Shown here: one piece after another, positions 1-8,614 of the stretch
Layout: the number at the start of each line of letters is the position of its first letter
Position numbering within the stretch: the stretch's first letter is position 1
NCBI GenBank assembly: GCA_040235515.1
Contig: JBECKX010000125.1
Span: 1 to 17,595 of the forward strand
Length of the DNA stretch: 17,595 nucleotides
DNA from: Candidatus Zixiibacteriota bacterium
GTDB lineage: Bacteria; Zixibacteria; MSB-5A5; CAIYYT01
Direction of reading: 5' to 3'
Position numbers and translations under genes: made by a program
Notes under the pieces: generated by a model
The model's database searches: none
What the model was told of the DNA's origin: nothing
Seen by the model: the letters and a program-made list of their open reading frames with translations, nothing else

Positions 1-321
1 ATAGAGTGCAGAGCGACCGGGAGTTGTGAATTCCAACCCGTAGAGAAACAGCAACTGGTTCAAAGGGATCGCCAGGAAACCGAGCCACAGCAGCTTGCCC
101 CAATCGCCCTTCTGAACCGGTTTCAGACGACCCGTGCTCCAGACGATCAGCATCAGCGCAGCCGAGGCAATTACAAAACGCAAAATCGCCAGCGTAAAGG
201 GCTCGAACGATTCCAGGGCGATCTTGGCGATAGGAAAAGTACCGCCCGCGAGCAACTGCCCGAATACAACTCCGGCGTAGAGCAGAAATGTTGAGGTGGA
301 TTCGCTACGGGAGTCTGTCAC
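1..321 (-). CDS. DMT/EamA family transporter, N-terminal part (runs off the left edge)
   Basis: Not in the ORF track. Manual translation from GTG at 321-319: MTDSRSESTSTFLLYAGVVFGQLLAGGTFPIAKIALESFEPFTLAILRFVIASAALMLIVW...WGKLLWLGFLAIPLNQLLFLYGLEFTTPGRSALY. This has the EamA pattern G.TF...K......P......RF and GL..TT. The frame is open to base 1. Confidence 0.88.
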   Translation of the reverse strand, partial: MTDSRSESTSTFLLYAGVVFGQLLAGGTFPIAKIALESFEPFTLAILRFVIASAALMLIVWSTGRLKPVQKGDWGKLLWLGFLAIPLNQLLFLYGLEFTTPGRSALY

Positions 322-369
322 GCTATGATTCTGGCAAGATGTTGGTAAATGGCTAATGGGAGTGAGACA

Positions 370-1158
370 TCAGATGACTTTCACGAAGCCGCCATCGATG
401 TTAATCGCGACACCATTGATATAGGCGGCGCGTTCACTTGCGAGGAATGCCGCCAGGTCTCCCAGTTCCTCTGGTTTGGCCAATCTGCGCGCGGGGATAT
501 CAGCTTTCCATTCCGAGTAGACCCGTTTCGTCGATTTGCCGCTGCGTTTGGAGATCGCTGCAGCCAGTTCATTCAGCCGCTCGGTCGCGGTGAATCCGGG
601 GCAGAGAGCATTGGCGGTAATACCGTACTGCGCATAGTCGTTGGAAATCGACTTCACCAAACCATGCACCCCGGGGCGAACCGTCGATGAGAGCACCAGC
701 CCTTCGCTGGCCTGCAAGGCGGAGATTGATGTGACCGCGATGAGCCTCCCCCACTTCCGCTTCTTCATCGCCGGCAACGCTTCCTGACAGAGCAGGATCG
801 TCGATTTAAGATTGAGCTTGTAGGCTGCATCCCACTCATCGGCCTTGATATCAGCCACATGCTTCGAGGGCGGACCGCCGGCGTTACAGACCACGATATC
901 GGGCTCACCCAGTTGCTTACGGATCTTCACGAATGCGCCTGCTACCTGCTTCTCGCGAGTCACATCACAGACCACAGGATAGACATCGACACCATAGTGT
1001 TTTTTCAGCTCTCCCTTCGCGACATCGAGATTCGGTTTGCTGCGAGAGAGTATGGCGACTTTCGCGCCCTCCTGAGCCAGTGAGCGGGCGATCGCCTTGC
1101 CGATACCGGCGGACGCTCCGGCGACGACAGCAACTTTTCCTTCGAGTCCCAAATCCAT
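370..1158 (-). CDS. Short-chain dehydrogenase/reductase (FabG-like, atypical catalytic motif)
   Basis: 262 aa. AGASAGIG Rossmann motif, CNAGGPP, NALCPG..ATER, and C-terminal FLASERAAYING..I.IDGG. The YxxxK position reads SSTVR. Confidence 0.92.
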   Translation of the reverse strand: MDLGLEGKVAVVAGASAGIGKAIARSLAQEGAKVAILSRSKPNLDVAKGELKKHYGVDVYPVVCDVTREKQVAGAFVKIRKQLGEPDIVVCNAGGPPSKHVADIKADEWDAAYKLNLKSTILLCQEALPAMKKRKWGRLIAVTSISALQASEGLVLSSTVRPGVHGLVKSISNDYAQYGITANALCPGFTATERLNELAAAISKRSGKSTKRVYSEWKADIPARRLAKPEELGDLAAFLASERAAYINGVAINIDGGFVKVI

Positions 1159-1173
1159 CTGCTGCTTCGTTTC

Positions 1174-2532
1174 CTATTTCGCTTCTTCAAGCATATGTAC
1201 AACGGTGATGACTCCGCGATGGAAGTCGTTCAAGGAGAACTTCTCATTCGGCGAGTGGGCGTTGTCGTCGTGCTGACCGAATCCGAGCAGGAGCGTGTCG
1301 AGCCCAAGTTCTGCCTTGAAGACATTGACGATCGGAATCGAACCGCCCTCTCGCATAAACACCGGCTCTTTGCCGTACGCTTTCTGCAACGCCCTGGTCG
1401 CGGCCTGCACGAGGAAACTGTCGCGACCGACGATAGCGGGATTCGCGCCACCATACTTCATCACCTCGACTTTGACACCGGCGGGTGCAGCCTTCTTCAC
1501 AAACTTCTCGAACTTCTCGAGAATGTCATCCGGGTTCTGGTCCGGCACAAGACGCATCGTCACCTTGGCGCCAGCCCACGATGGAATAATCGTCTTACTC
1601 CCTTCGCCGGAGTAGCCGCCGTAAATTCCGTTAATCTCACAGGTTGGCCGTGCCCAGATGCGCTCCAGGGTGCTGAATCCTTTCTCACCCGCCAGACCGA
1701 TCGAACCGGTCTTCTTGAGGTAGGCTTCCTCGGAGTGCGGCAATGCCGCAAAGGCGTCGCGCTCCCACTGCTCGAGCGAGCGGACATCATCGTAAAACCC
1801 GTCGATCTGAACATGATAATCTTCGCCGTGAAACTTCGCGATCAGCCGCGCCAATTCCGTGACAGGGTTACAGATCGAACCACCAAAACTGCCGGAGTGA
1901 AGGTCACGGTCCGGGCCGGTCAGCTTGATTTCGGCGGCGGCAATACCGCGCAACCCGTAGGTAATGGCAGGAACCTCCGGGCCATACATCGCAGTATCGG
2001 AGACGACGACCGCATCCGCCTTGAGTAAGTCGTGATTCTGTTGAATGAAGAGATCGAGGTTGTTGGAGGCGATTTCCTCTTCACCCTCGATTACGAACTT
2101 AAGATTGACCGGTACCGGCTCGCCCGACTTGAGGTACGATTCGACCGCCAGCAGGTGGATCAGAAACTGGCCTTTGTCGTCCGAAGCTCCGCGAGCGATG
2201 ATGTTGCCGTTCTCGATCGTGGGTTCGAATGGAGGCTTCTTCCAGAGATTGAGCGGATCGACCGGCTGTACATCATAGTGCCCATAGACCAGCAGCGTTC
2301 GCTTGTTCTCGGGACGGGAATATTCCGCGTAGACGATAGGATGCCCCTTGGTGGGATAAATCTTCGCCTTCAACCCGAGACCCTCGAATTTTGCGCGTAC
2401 GTGCTCCGCGCACTTCGCGACGTCATCCTTGTATTTCGAGTCGGCTGACACCGAAGGGTAGCGCAGCAACTCCTTGAGCTGGTCGATGAAGTTCTCGCGA
2501 TTCTCTTCGATGTATTGCAGGGCCTTATCCAT
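1174..2532 (-). CDS. M20 family metallo-dipeptidase (M20/M25/M40 hydrolase)
   Basis: 452 aa. Motifs YGHYDVQP, RGASDDKG, EGEEE, DLHSG.FGG, GGSIP, HSPNE. A purine-rich RBS (AGGAGAGAG) lies upstream on the minus strand. Confidence 0.93.
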   Translation of the reverse strand: MDKALQYIEENRENFIDQLKELLRYPSVSADSKYKDDVAKCAEHVRAKFEGLGLKAKIYPTKGHPIVYAEYSRPENKRTLLVYGHYDVQPVDPLNLWKKPPFEPTIENGNIIARGASDDKGQFLIHLLAVESYLKSGEPVPVNLKFVIEGEEEIASNNLDLFIQQNHDLLKADAVVVSDTAMYGPEVPAITYGLRGIAAAEIKLTGPDRDLHSGSFGGSICNPVTELARLIAKFHGEDYHVQIDGFYDDVRSLEQWERDAFAALPHSEEAYLKKTGSIGLAGEKGFSTLERIWARPTCEINGIYGGYSGEGSKTIIPSWAGAKVTMRLVPDQNPDDILEKFEKFVKKAAPAGVKVEVMKYGGANPAIVGRDSFLVQAATRALQKAYGKEPVFMREGGSIPIVNVFKAELGLDTLLLGFGQHDDNAHSPNEKFSLNDFHRGVITVVHMLEEAK

Positions 2533-2580
2533 AGTCTCTCTCCTGAGCTCGTGGCAAATGCCGTTTTTGAATAATTGCTA

Positions 2581-2608
2581 AGCTTAGAAAACACCCCGTT
2601 TTTGTCAA
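2581..2608 (-). promoter_or_regulatory. Putative sigma70 promoter of the dipeptidase-SDR-EamA operon
   Basis: The minus strand reads TTGACA (2608-2603), 16 nt, TAAGCT (2586-2581), about 50 nt upstream of the ATG at 2532. Confidence 0.6.
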
Positions 2609-2689
2609 GCCCAATTGAACGATTAGGCGTATAGAGGAGTAGTAGTAGGTACAGGTTCCACAGATGTAGCTGAACCTCTCTTGTTTTGA

Positions 2690-2718
2690 TTGGAACAATG
2701 GAAACTGTGTGCTATCTT
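2690..2718 (+). promoter_or_regulatory. Putative sigma70 promoter (extended -10) of the peroxiredoxin gene
   Basis: TTGGAA (2690-2695), 17 nt ending in TGc, TATCTT (2713-2718). Confidence 0.45.
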
Positions 2719-2796
2719 ACGGGCTATAAGATGAACGAGCGTGAACCAGCCTGCTACAGCAAGTGCGCACCCTTGACTCAGCCGCGCGGAGGAATT

Positions 2797-3321
2797 ATGG
2801 AGCTTCAGATAGGAAAACCGGCACCAGATTTCAAACTGGTCGCCGTGATGCCGGACAAAGAACTGCAGGAAGTGCAGTTGTCAGACTACCGGGGAAAGTG
2901 GGTGGTTCTATTTTTCTACCCGCTTGACTTCTCGTTTGTCTGCCCGACCGAGATTCGAGGCTTCGACGAGAACATCTCGCGCTTTGTCGATGCCGACGCC
3001 CAGGTGCTCGGCTGTTCGGTGGACTCGCACTTCTCGCACCTGAATTTCATCGAGAAGGAATTCCGGCAGCTCAAGTTTCCGTTGCTCTCTGATATGACCA
3101 AGGAAGTGGCAAAGGCTTACAACGTGCTGCTCGATGACGGTTATGCCCTGCGGGGGACTTTCATCATCGATCCGGATGGGATTTTGAAATCGATCGTCGT
3201 GAATGACACCGCTATCGGCCGCTCGATCGATGAGACGATCCGCACGCTCCGTGCACTGCAGACCGGTCAACTGACCGGCTGTGGCTGGAATCCGGGCGAG
3301 CCGACTCTGGGAGTTCGCTAG
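2797..3321 (+). CDS. ahpC: AhpC/Prx1-type peroxiredoxin
   Basis: Motifs GKWVVLFFYPLDFSFVCPTE, SVDS.FSH, LRGTFIIDPDG, GRSIDE. The start is placed at ATG 2797 after the GGAGG RBS rather than the TTG at 2686 in the track. 174 aa. Confidence 0.92.
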   Translation: MELQIGKPAPDFKLVAVMPDKELQEVQLSDYRGKWVVLFFYPLDFSFVCPTEIRGFDENISRFVDADAQVLGCSVDSHFSHLNFIEKEFRQLKFPLLSDMTKEVAKAYNVLLDDGYALRGTFIIDPDGILKSIVVNDTAIGRSIDETIRTLRALQTGQLTGCGWNPGEPTLGVR

Positions 3322-3374
3322 ATCCATCGAGAACGTGCTGGAGTGCTGTCACGACATAGATTATCCCGAGACCT

Positions 3375-3410
3375 GCGTGGAGGACCGGTCGGTCCTCTGC
3401 GTTTTTGTTT
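3375..3410 (+). terminator. Rho-independent terminator after ahpC
   Basis: GCGTGGAGGACC-GGTC-GGTCCTCTGCGT stem (12 bp including G-U pairs) followed by TTTTGTTT. Confidence 0.8.
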
Positions 3411-3480
3411 GCAGGGGCGGCAGGCGCGACTGAATCAAGAAAAATCAGTGATTAAACTATAAGTGAAAGGTAGATACTCA

Positions 3481-3996
3481 ATGGCAGAACGCGCGAACAT
3501 GGTAACGGTTGGGGGCAAGCCGGTAACATTGATCGGCAACGAAATTGGAGTCGGTGACAAGATACCATCAGTCAAAGTCACAAGTCTCGACCAGAAGCTG
3601 GTTGATATAAAAGAGTACGAAGGCAAGGTGATTATACTTTCCACCGTACTCTCTCTCGAGACCTCCGTGTGCGATACCGAGACGCGCCGCTTCAATAAGG
3701 AAGCTGCCAGCCTCGGCGATGACATCGTAATCCTCGTCGTAAGCCCTGACCTTCCGTTTGCTCAAAAGCGCTGGTGCGGAGCAGCCGGAATCGACAAGGT
3801 CGAGGTATTCTCCGACTACCGCGAGCATGAACTGGCGAAGGCATTCGGTGTGTTAATCAAGGAGTCACAACTGCTCGCCCGCAGCATCTTCGTGATCGAC
3901 AAGCAGGGCAAGGTGCAGTATGTCGAGATCGTCAAAGAGGTCGGTACCGAACCTGACTATGAGAAGGCGATCGCCGTAGCGAAGAAACTGGTCTAG
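3481..3996 (+). CDS. tpx: Thiol peroxidase (Tpx-type atypical 2-Cys peroxiredoxin)
   Basis: Motifs VT.GG.PVTL.G, SLETSVCD..TRRFN, SPDLPFAQKRWCGAAG, LLARSIFVID, EPDYE. The ATG at 3481 follows AAAGGT and is preferred over GTG 3463. Confidence 0.9.
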   Translation: MAERANMVTVGGKPVTLIGNEIGVGDKIPSVKVTSLDQKLVDIKEYEGKVIILSTVLSLETSVCDTETRRFNKEAASLGDDIVILVVSPDLPFAQKRWCGAAGIDKVEVFSDYREHELAKAFGVLIKESQLLARSIFVIDKQGKVQYVEIVKEVGTEPDYEKAIAVAKKLV

Positions 3997-4020
3997 TTGA
4001 CCGCCTTACAGGAAAATCAG

Positions 4021-4058
4021 ACCTGCCGGACACGCGAGTGATCGGCAGGTTTTTCTTT
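4021..4058 (+). terminator. Terminator between convergent tpx and DUF456 genes (possibly bidirectional)
   Basis: ACCTGCCG-ga-CAC-gcga-GTG-at-CGGCAGGT followed by TTTTCTTT. An A-run (GAAAATC) lies upstream. Confidence 0.8.
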
Positions 4059-4063
4059 GCGGG

Positions 4064-4570
4064 CTATTCGAAAAGCACAGTGCCGGCGAAGGTGGTGATA
4101 AGCACCAGCGCTACGACGATCTGCAACACCGCGCCCACCATGAATCCCACGAAGGTTCCTATCCCCGATTTGAACGCTATCTTGAATGATTTACCCGCCA
4201 GGAGTTCGAAGGTCACCGCACCGATGAGCGGGAACAGTATCAGTCCTGCCAGACCGAAGAAAATCCCGATGATCAGGCCGATGAAGGCCCCGATAGTCCC
4301 CCACCACGACGCCCCCATCCGTTTGGCGCCGAAGACCTGGAGCAGATTCTGCAGGAGTACAATCGCGGCGACAGCGATCCCCCAATAGATGATGAAGTTG
4401 ACCGAGATATTGCTGAATCCGGTGAGGAGACCGTAGAGCAGCGCTGCGCCCCAGATGATCGGAAGGCCGGGCAGAACAGGCAGGAGTCCACCGACCAGGC
4501 CCACAAGCATAACTATCATCGTGAGACCGAATAGAATGATCTCTGACACTGTCAGACTGGCAAATTCCAA
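4064..4570 (-). CDS. DUF456 family integral membrane protein
   Basis: 168 aa, hydrophobic. Motifs GL.G.LLPVLPG, GAKRMGASWWG..GA.IG...G, G.G...GF..G. TTG start preceded by GGGGAG. Confidence 0.85.
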   Translation of the reverse strand: MEFASLTVSEIILFGLTMIVMLVGLVGGLLPVLPGLPIIWGAALLYGLLTGFSNISVNFIIYWGIAVAAIVLLQNLLQVFGAKRMGASWWGTIGAFIGLIIGIFFGLAGLILFPLIGAVTFELLAGKSFKIAFKSGIGTFVGFMVGAVLQIVVALVLITTFAGTVLFE

Positions 4571-4624
4571 AAATCAAACTCCCCGCCGGCGTACGTGCGT
4601 TTGGCGTAGTAACATCTAATGTCG

Positions 4625-6034
4625 TTACCCGCCCGCCGCTTGTCCAGTTGATATTCGCTCTCCCTCTCGACGGGAGGTCGACAAGTAGACAACTATCGAG
4701 ACGAACAGGCCGGGCAGAATCGGTTCCAGACCCCACCAGTACCCGCCCGCCGCGGTCCAGTTGGCCGAAAGCGCCCACACCAACGATACACCCCCGGAAA
4801 GCAGCATCGAGGCAATCGCTCCGGCTTCAGAAAGTCGCCGCTTGCCAAGATAGGTGCTGACAAGTGGAACCAGCAGAATCGGTGTGCCGATCGATCCGAA
4901 GTAATACCAGACCGACACGACCGACTCAAAATACATGGTGATTATCGCCGTGAGAATTCCGCCAAGCACCAACGCCCATTTGGTGAAGTAGTTGGCGCGC
5001 GCTTCCCCTCTCTTCCCCCAATCGGCGATGATATCCTTCCCCAGCGTGGATGCCGCAATAAAGAGGTACGAGTCCGCAGTTGAGATCACCGTTGCCAGCA
5101 TCGCAACCGCAAACAATCCCGACAGGCCGACCGGCAGAACGGCGTCCCCCAATAATGGGTAGGCCGCAATCGGATTGATATCTGCAGGCAGTATCGCTCT
5201 GGCATAGAGGCCGCAAGTGGTGGTCATCAAATCGAAGAGAAACCAGCAGGCTATCGAGACGAGGATCCCCTGCTTCGCAACACGCTCGCTCTTGGCGGCA
5301 TAGGCCACCTGGAAGAACGACGGCTCCACCAGAGTCGCGAGCGCAATCACGTACCAGACTGCTATGTACCAAAAAGAATTGCCGCCGCTCCAGGTGAAGT
5401 TCTCGGCAGGCACATGGGCTTTCAGAAAATCAAGTCCCCCGTAGCCGATCAGCAACGCCGCCGTGATTATGACAAAGCCGAGGTACATGAATGTGAAATG
5501 CCAGAGATCTGCACGCACAAGCGATTTAAACCCGCCCAGAAAGGCGTAAGCCCCCACCAACAGCGTGCCCACGACGATCCCCGCCCACTGCGGCCAACCG
5601 AAAAAGGTGCTACCCAGAACGCCGAGGATCAGAACGTAGGCCACCGGCAGCGTCCAGAGAAAGACTACGATCGCACCCAGTCCCGCCGCGTGACGACCGT
5701 AAACCTGGTTCAACCTGTCGGGGATCGTGATGAATTCCGTTCGTCGCGCCTTCGAAGCCAGCAGCCAGGCGAACAGCAGCGCCGCGATGTAGTACGGCAC
5801 GCCGAAAACAAACCAGTTGGATATTCCGAAGCGGTAAGAATACTCTCCCACGCCCAGAATCCCGCCATACCAGTTCGAGACCAGTGTAGCCACGAGCGCG
5901 GGCAACGTGAGTTTGCGCCCGCCGATTAAGTACTCAACGGTTGTCGAGACACTCTCCCGTCGCCGCAGCAGTCCAAAGACAACTATACCGGCGAGGTAAA
6001 GCCCAACTACCAGCAGATCGATCGTCGAGAGCAA
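4625..6034 (-). CDS. Sodium:solute symporter (SSS) family protein, probable thiamine/precursor importer
   Basis: 469 aa, many TM segments. Motifs EY.IGGRKL, ATLV..WYGG..G.GE, TIPDRL...YG, Y..LGG.KS....D, AT.ISTADS. The TTG start directly follows the TAG of the upstream receptor. Confidence 0.88.
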   Translation of the reverse strand: MLSTIDLLVVGLYLAGIVVFGLLRRRESVSTTVEYLIGGRKLTLPALVATLVSNWYGGILGVGEYSYRFGISNWFVFGVPYYIAALLFAWLLASKARRTEFITIPDRLNQVYGRHAAGLGAIVVFLWTLPVAYVLILGVLGSTFFGWPQWAGIVVGTLLVGAYAFLGGFKSLVRADLWHFTFMYLGFVIITAALLIGYGGLDFLKAHVPAENFTWSGGNSFWYIAVWYVIALATLVEPSFFQVAYAAKSERVAKQGILVSIACWFLFDLMTTTCGLYARAILPADINPIAAYPLLGDAVLPVGLSGLFAVAMLATVISTADSYLFIAASTLGKDIIADWGKRGEARANYFTKWALVLGGILTAIITMYFESVVSVWYYFGSIGTPILLVPLVSTYLGKRRLSEAGAIASMLLSGGVSLVWALSANWTAAGGYWWGLEPILPGLFVSIVVYLSTSRREGERISTGQAAGG

Positions 6035-8554
6035 CTAGCGCAACCGCAGTGAGAGTTCAGTGAAGATCGAGCGTTCCGCCGCGGGCGTGTACTCTGCCCA
6101 GAAGATATCGGCGGCATCCCGGAAGCGTACGGCACCGCCGTAGCCGAAATACTCATACTTCTCGTTGAAGATGTTATTGAGATTGATGCTCAGTTGCAAC
6201 GTTCCCAGATTGCTGAGCGATCCGAGGTTGAGCTTCCCGGTCACCGACGAAATGAAGTAGGGATCGATGGCCAACTCCTCAACATTGGCGTTTTCGACAT
6301 AGATCTTCCCGATGAAGCGGCCCCGCAGCGCCAGTTGGATCAAATCGGAATTGTATTCCGCGACCGCATTTCCGATGTACTCCGGAAAACCTGTGATGGT
6401 CTTGTCGGCATAGCTGAAAGTCTCGCTGCCGACGTAACCATAGTCGTCGGGATTGTCGTATACCGTCTCCACCACCTCGAATTCCTTGATTCGATTGTAG
6501 TTGTAGGAGACGTTACCGGAAAGCCGGATGCGGCTGCTCAGCTTGCGCGCCGCACTCAATTCGATGCCTGCGTGCACCGAACGATCAACATTGGTCGTTA
6601 TGGGCAGACCCAGGTCACTCAAACCACCGAACGGTACGATCTCATTGCGAAATTCCATCCAGAAGAGATTCGCGCCGTAGGTCGCATCGCTGTCGCGGTA
6701 CTCCGCCCCCAATTCGAAATCGTGCACCCGCTCGGCCTTCATGGTCGGATCACCGAAAATGACGGTTGAATCGTTTTGGGCCGCGAAACGAATGTCATCG
6801 ATCTCCAGTGACGGCAACGCATACGGGTCGTTGGCATCGTAAATCTCGTAATCCGCCGGCGCGCGTGAAGAGAGTGAGTAGCTGAGAATCAGGTTGGTGT
6901 TCCTGGCGACCCGGTAGTTCATCCCGACGCGCGGCGAGAGGAACGCCCAGTCAACATCGAAGTTGTAACCGGAGTATGGCCCCATCTCCACTTGATCGAA
7001 GTTGTAGGTCTGGTAGCGGAACTGCAGATTACCGTGGAACTGCAACCTGTCATTTAATCGATAGTTTTTGTTTACGTATGCTGCAGCAAAGTACTTCTCA
7101 CCGAAGTATTGATAGTACTTGTGTTGCGGGTCGATCTGATTGGTTACGCCCTCGGCCCAGGTGACCTGGCCCCAATGATCAGACTCGAAGTAGTAGAATT
7201 GTCCGCCGATATTGAGTTCGCCGCTTTCCTGCTGCAAGTCGAGGCGTGGGTTCCAACCCCACTGGTTCTTGCTGACATGCTGCTGCTTGACAATGTCGCC
7301 GGAGGTAATCACGCTGACCACTTCGCCTTCCGCATTTGTGATCTCAGTCGGCGGGATACTGAAATCATAGAATTGTTGGTCAGAGTCATACTGCTCGTAG
7401 TAACCGCTGCCATGAATGTGAAACAACGTATTGTCGAGTGAGAGGTTCTCCGCCAGCCTGATAACGTTGTGAACTTCATAGTGCGGCTGATTGAAGTTGT
7501 CTGTTTCGTTGGCGTAGGTCAGCGGGTTGAAGCGGCGATCCTCGTCGATCTGTTCTCTTGAGATTCCGTAATAGGCCAGGTGCATCTGCATCGGGCCACC
7601 ATAGATGTTCACCGTTGTGGTCATATTCGGATCGAGGCGTGCCAGGGAGAGGTAGTATGACCAGCCGTCATACCATGAATCCTTGCGGTAGCCATCCGAA
7701 AGCTGTCGGGAGTAGCGCCCGGAGAAATTCCAGCGACCGTCGATCAGCCCGGAATTGTACTCCAGCGATTGCTTCTCCATATCGCCCACCCATTCGCCAT
7801 CACTCCAGAACCCGCCGTAGCCGGTTGACAGCGCGATCGATCTCTCCTGCTCGATTCCGGCGGAGACGATATTGACCGATCCCCCGAACGAGGCATCTCC
7901 ATAGAGGGAGTTACCGATGCCGCGCTGCACCTGGATATCCTTAACATTCGAAGCGAAATCGGGAATATCGACGAAGTAGGTTGCCTGGTCTTCGGGATCG
8001 TTGAGCGGCACTCCATTGATGTAGGTAGATACCCGCTTGTCATCAAATCCCCGGATGCGGATGTAACTATATCCCAGCCCACCACCAGCATCGGCGTATG
8101 CATAGAGATTGGGGGTAGTCTCCAGCAACAGCGGGAACTCACCGATCGAATAGTCACGTTCGATCTCTTGACCGGTGAAGTCACTGAATGCCACCGGAGA
8201 GACGCCCGCCTCAGCACGGGACGCCGTAACCGTGATCCCCTGGCCGGGGTAAACGCTCGGCTGTAGCTCGACGCTGAGATTGCTCTGCTCGAACGCCTTT
8301 ACCATGCGCGGCTGAAAACCGACGTGCGTGAATGTCAAGTCGTGCCCGCCCGGACCTTCCGCGTCGAGTTGAAAGTTTCCCTGCTCGTCGGTGACGGCAC
8401 CGATTTTGCCACCATCGATAGAGATGTTCACACCCGGAATCGGCCGACCGGCGGGATCAACTACTTTACCCCGCAGCGATGCCGCCTGCAAGCAAGCCGT
8501 TGCAATGAGTACCGAGGCAACTAAGATTGAAAAGATTGTACGACAGCGTATCAT
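6035..8554 (-). CDS. TonB-dependent outer membrane receptor, probable thiamine uptake
   Basis: 839 aa. Signal peptide, N-terminal carboxypeptidase-regulatory-like domain (GKVVD..G.PIPGVNI...TD..GNF), plug (IRIRGFD...YINGVPLNDPE...VQRG...SLYG...GGSVN), then beta-barrel strands. Lies downstream of a TPP riboswitch. GAGG RBS. Confidence 0.92.
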   Translation of the reverse strand: MIRCRTIFSILVASVLIATACLQAASLRGKVVDPAGRPIPGVNISIDGGKIGAVTDEQGNFQLDAEGPGGHDLTFTHVGFQPRMVKAFEQSNLSVELQPSVYPGQGITVTASRAEAGVSPVAFSDFTGQEIERDYSIGEFPLLLETTPNLYAYADAGGGLGYSYIRIRGFDDKRVSTYINGVPLNDPEDQATYFVDIPDFASNVKDIQVQRGIGNSLYGDASFGGSVNIVSAGIEQERSIALSTGYGGFWSDGEWVGDMEKQSLEYNSGLIDGRWNFSGRYSRQLSDGYRKDSWYDGWSYYLSLARLDPNMTTTVNIYGGPMQMHLAYYGISREQIDEDRRFNPLTYANETDNFNQPHYEVHNVIRLAENLSLDNTLFHIHGSGYYEQYDSDQQFYDFSIPPTEITNAEGEVVSVITSGDIVKQQHVSKNQWGWNPRLDLQQESGELNIGGQFYYFESDHWGQVTWAEGVTNQIDPQHKYYQYFGEKYFAAAYVNKNYRLNDRLQFHGNLQFRYQTYNFDQVEMGPYSGYNFDVDWAFLSPRVGMNYRVARNTNLILSYSLSSRAPADYEIYDANDPYALPSLEIDDIRFAAQNDSTVIFGDPTMKAERVHDFELGAEYRDSDATYGANLFWMEFRNEIVPFGGLSDLGLPITTNVDRSVHAGIELSAARKLSSRIRLSGNVSYNYNRIKEFEVVETVYDNPDDYGYVGSETFSYADKTITGFPEYIGNAVAEYNSDLIQLALRGRFIGKIYVENANVEELAIDPYFISSVTGKLNLGSLSNLGTLQLSINLNNIFNEKYEYFGYGGAVRFRDAADIFWAEYTPAAERSIFTELSLRLR

Positions 8555-8614
8555 CAGATAACCTCACTTATGACTCGAGGCAGTTAGCCACCGCTAACCA
8601 CACTCTATTCCGCC

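Noticed and set aside
1195..2448. Long antisense ORFs (277 aa and 138 aa) opposite the dipeptidase, and similar ones opposite the SSS, TBDR, DUF1015, serA, TPM and TPR genes
   Set aside because: Shadow ORFs produced by codon bias of the real gene; no motifs or RBS.
2632..2681. AGT/GTA microrepeat (GAGGAGTAGTAGTAGGT) and weak hairpin AGGTTC...GAACCT between divergent promoters
   Set aside because: Too short and weak to distinguish from chance; no RNA family recognised.
2686..2796. 37-aa N-terminal extension of AhpC from TTG 2686
   Set aside because: It overlaps the candidate promoter. ATG 2797 has a GGAGG RBS and gives the normal AhpC N-terminus.
2797..3996. Possible selenocysteine recoding in the peroxiredoxins
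   Set aside because: All active-site codons are TGC/TGT, there is no in-frame TGA, and both genes end in TAG.
4191..4778. 195-aa minus-strand ORF bridging the SSS end and DUF456 (possible frameshift fusion)
   Set aside because: Out of frame with both genes, both of which look complete. The translation is not protein-like and no slippery site is evident.
8581..8602. Minus-strand GTG GTT AGC GGT GGC TAA (VVSGG*), resembling a ThiS/MoaD C-terminus downstream of a TPP riboswitch
   Set aside because: An in-frame TAG lies two codons upstream and no ThiS-like body is present. The GTTAGC-ggtg-GCTAAC hairpin explains the sequence.
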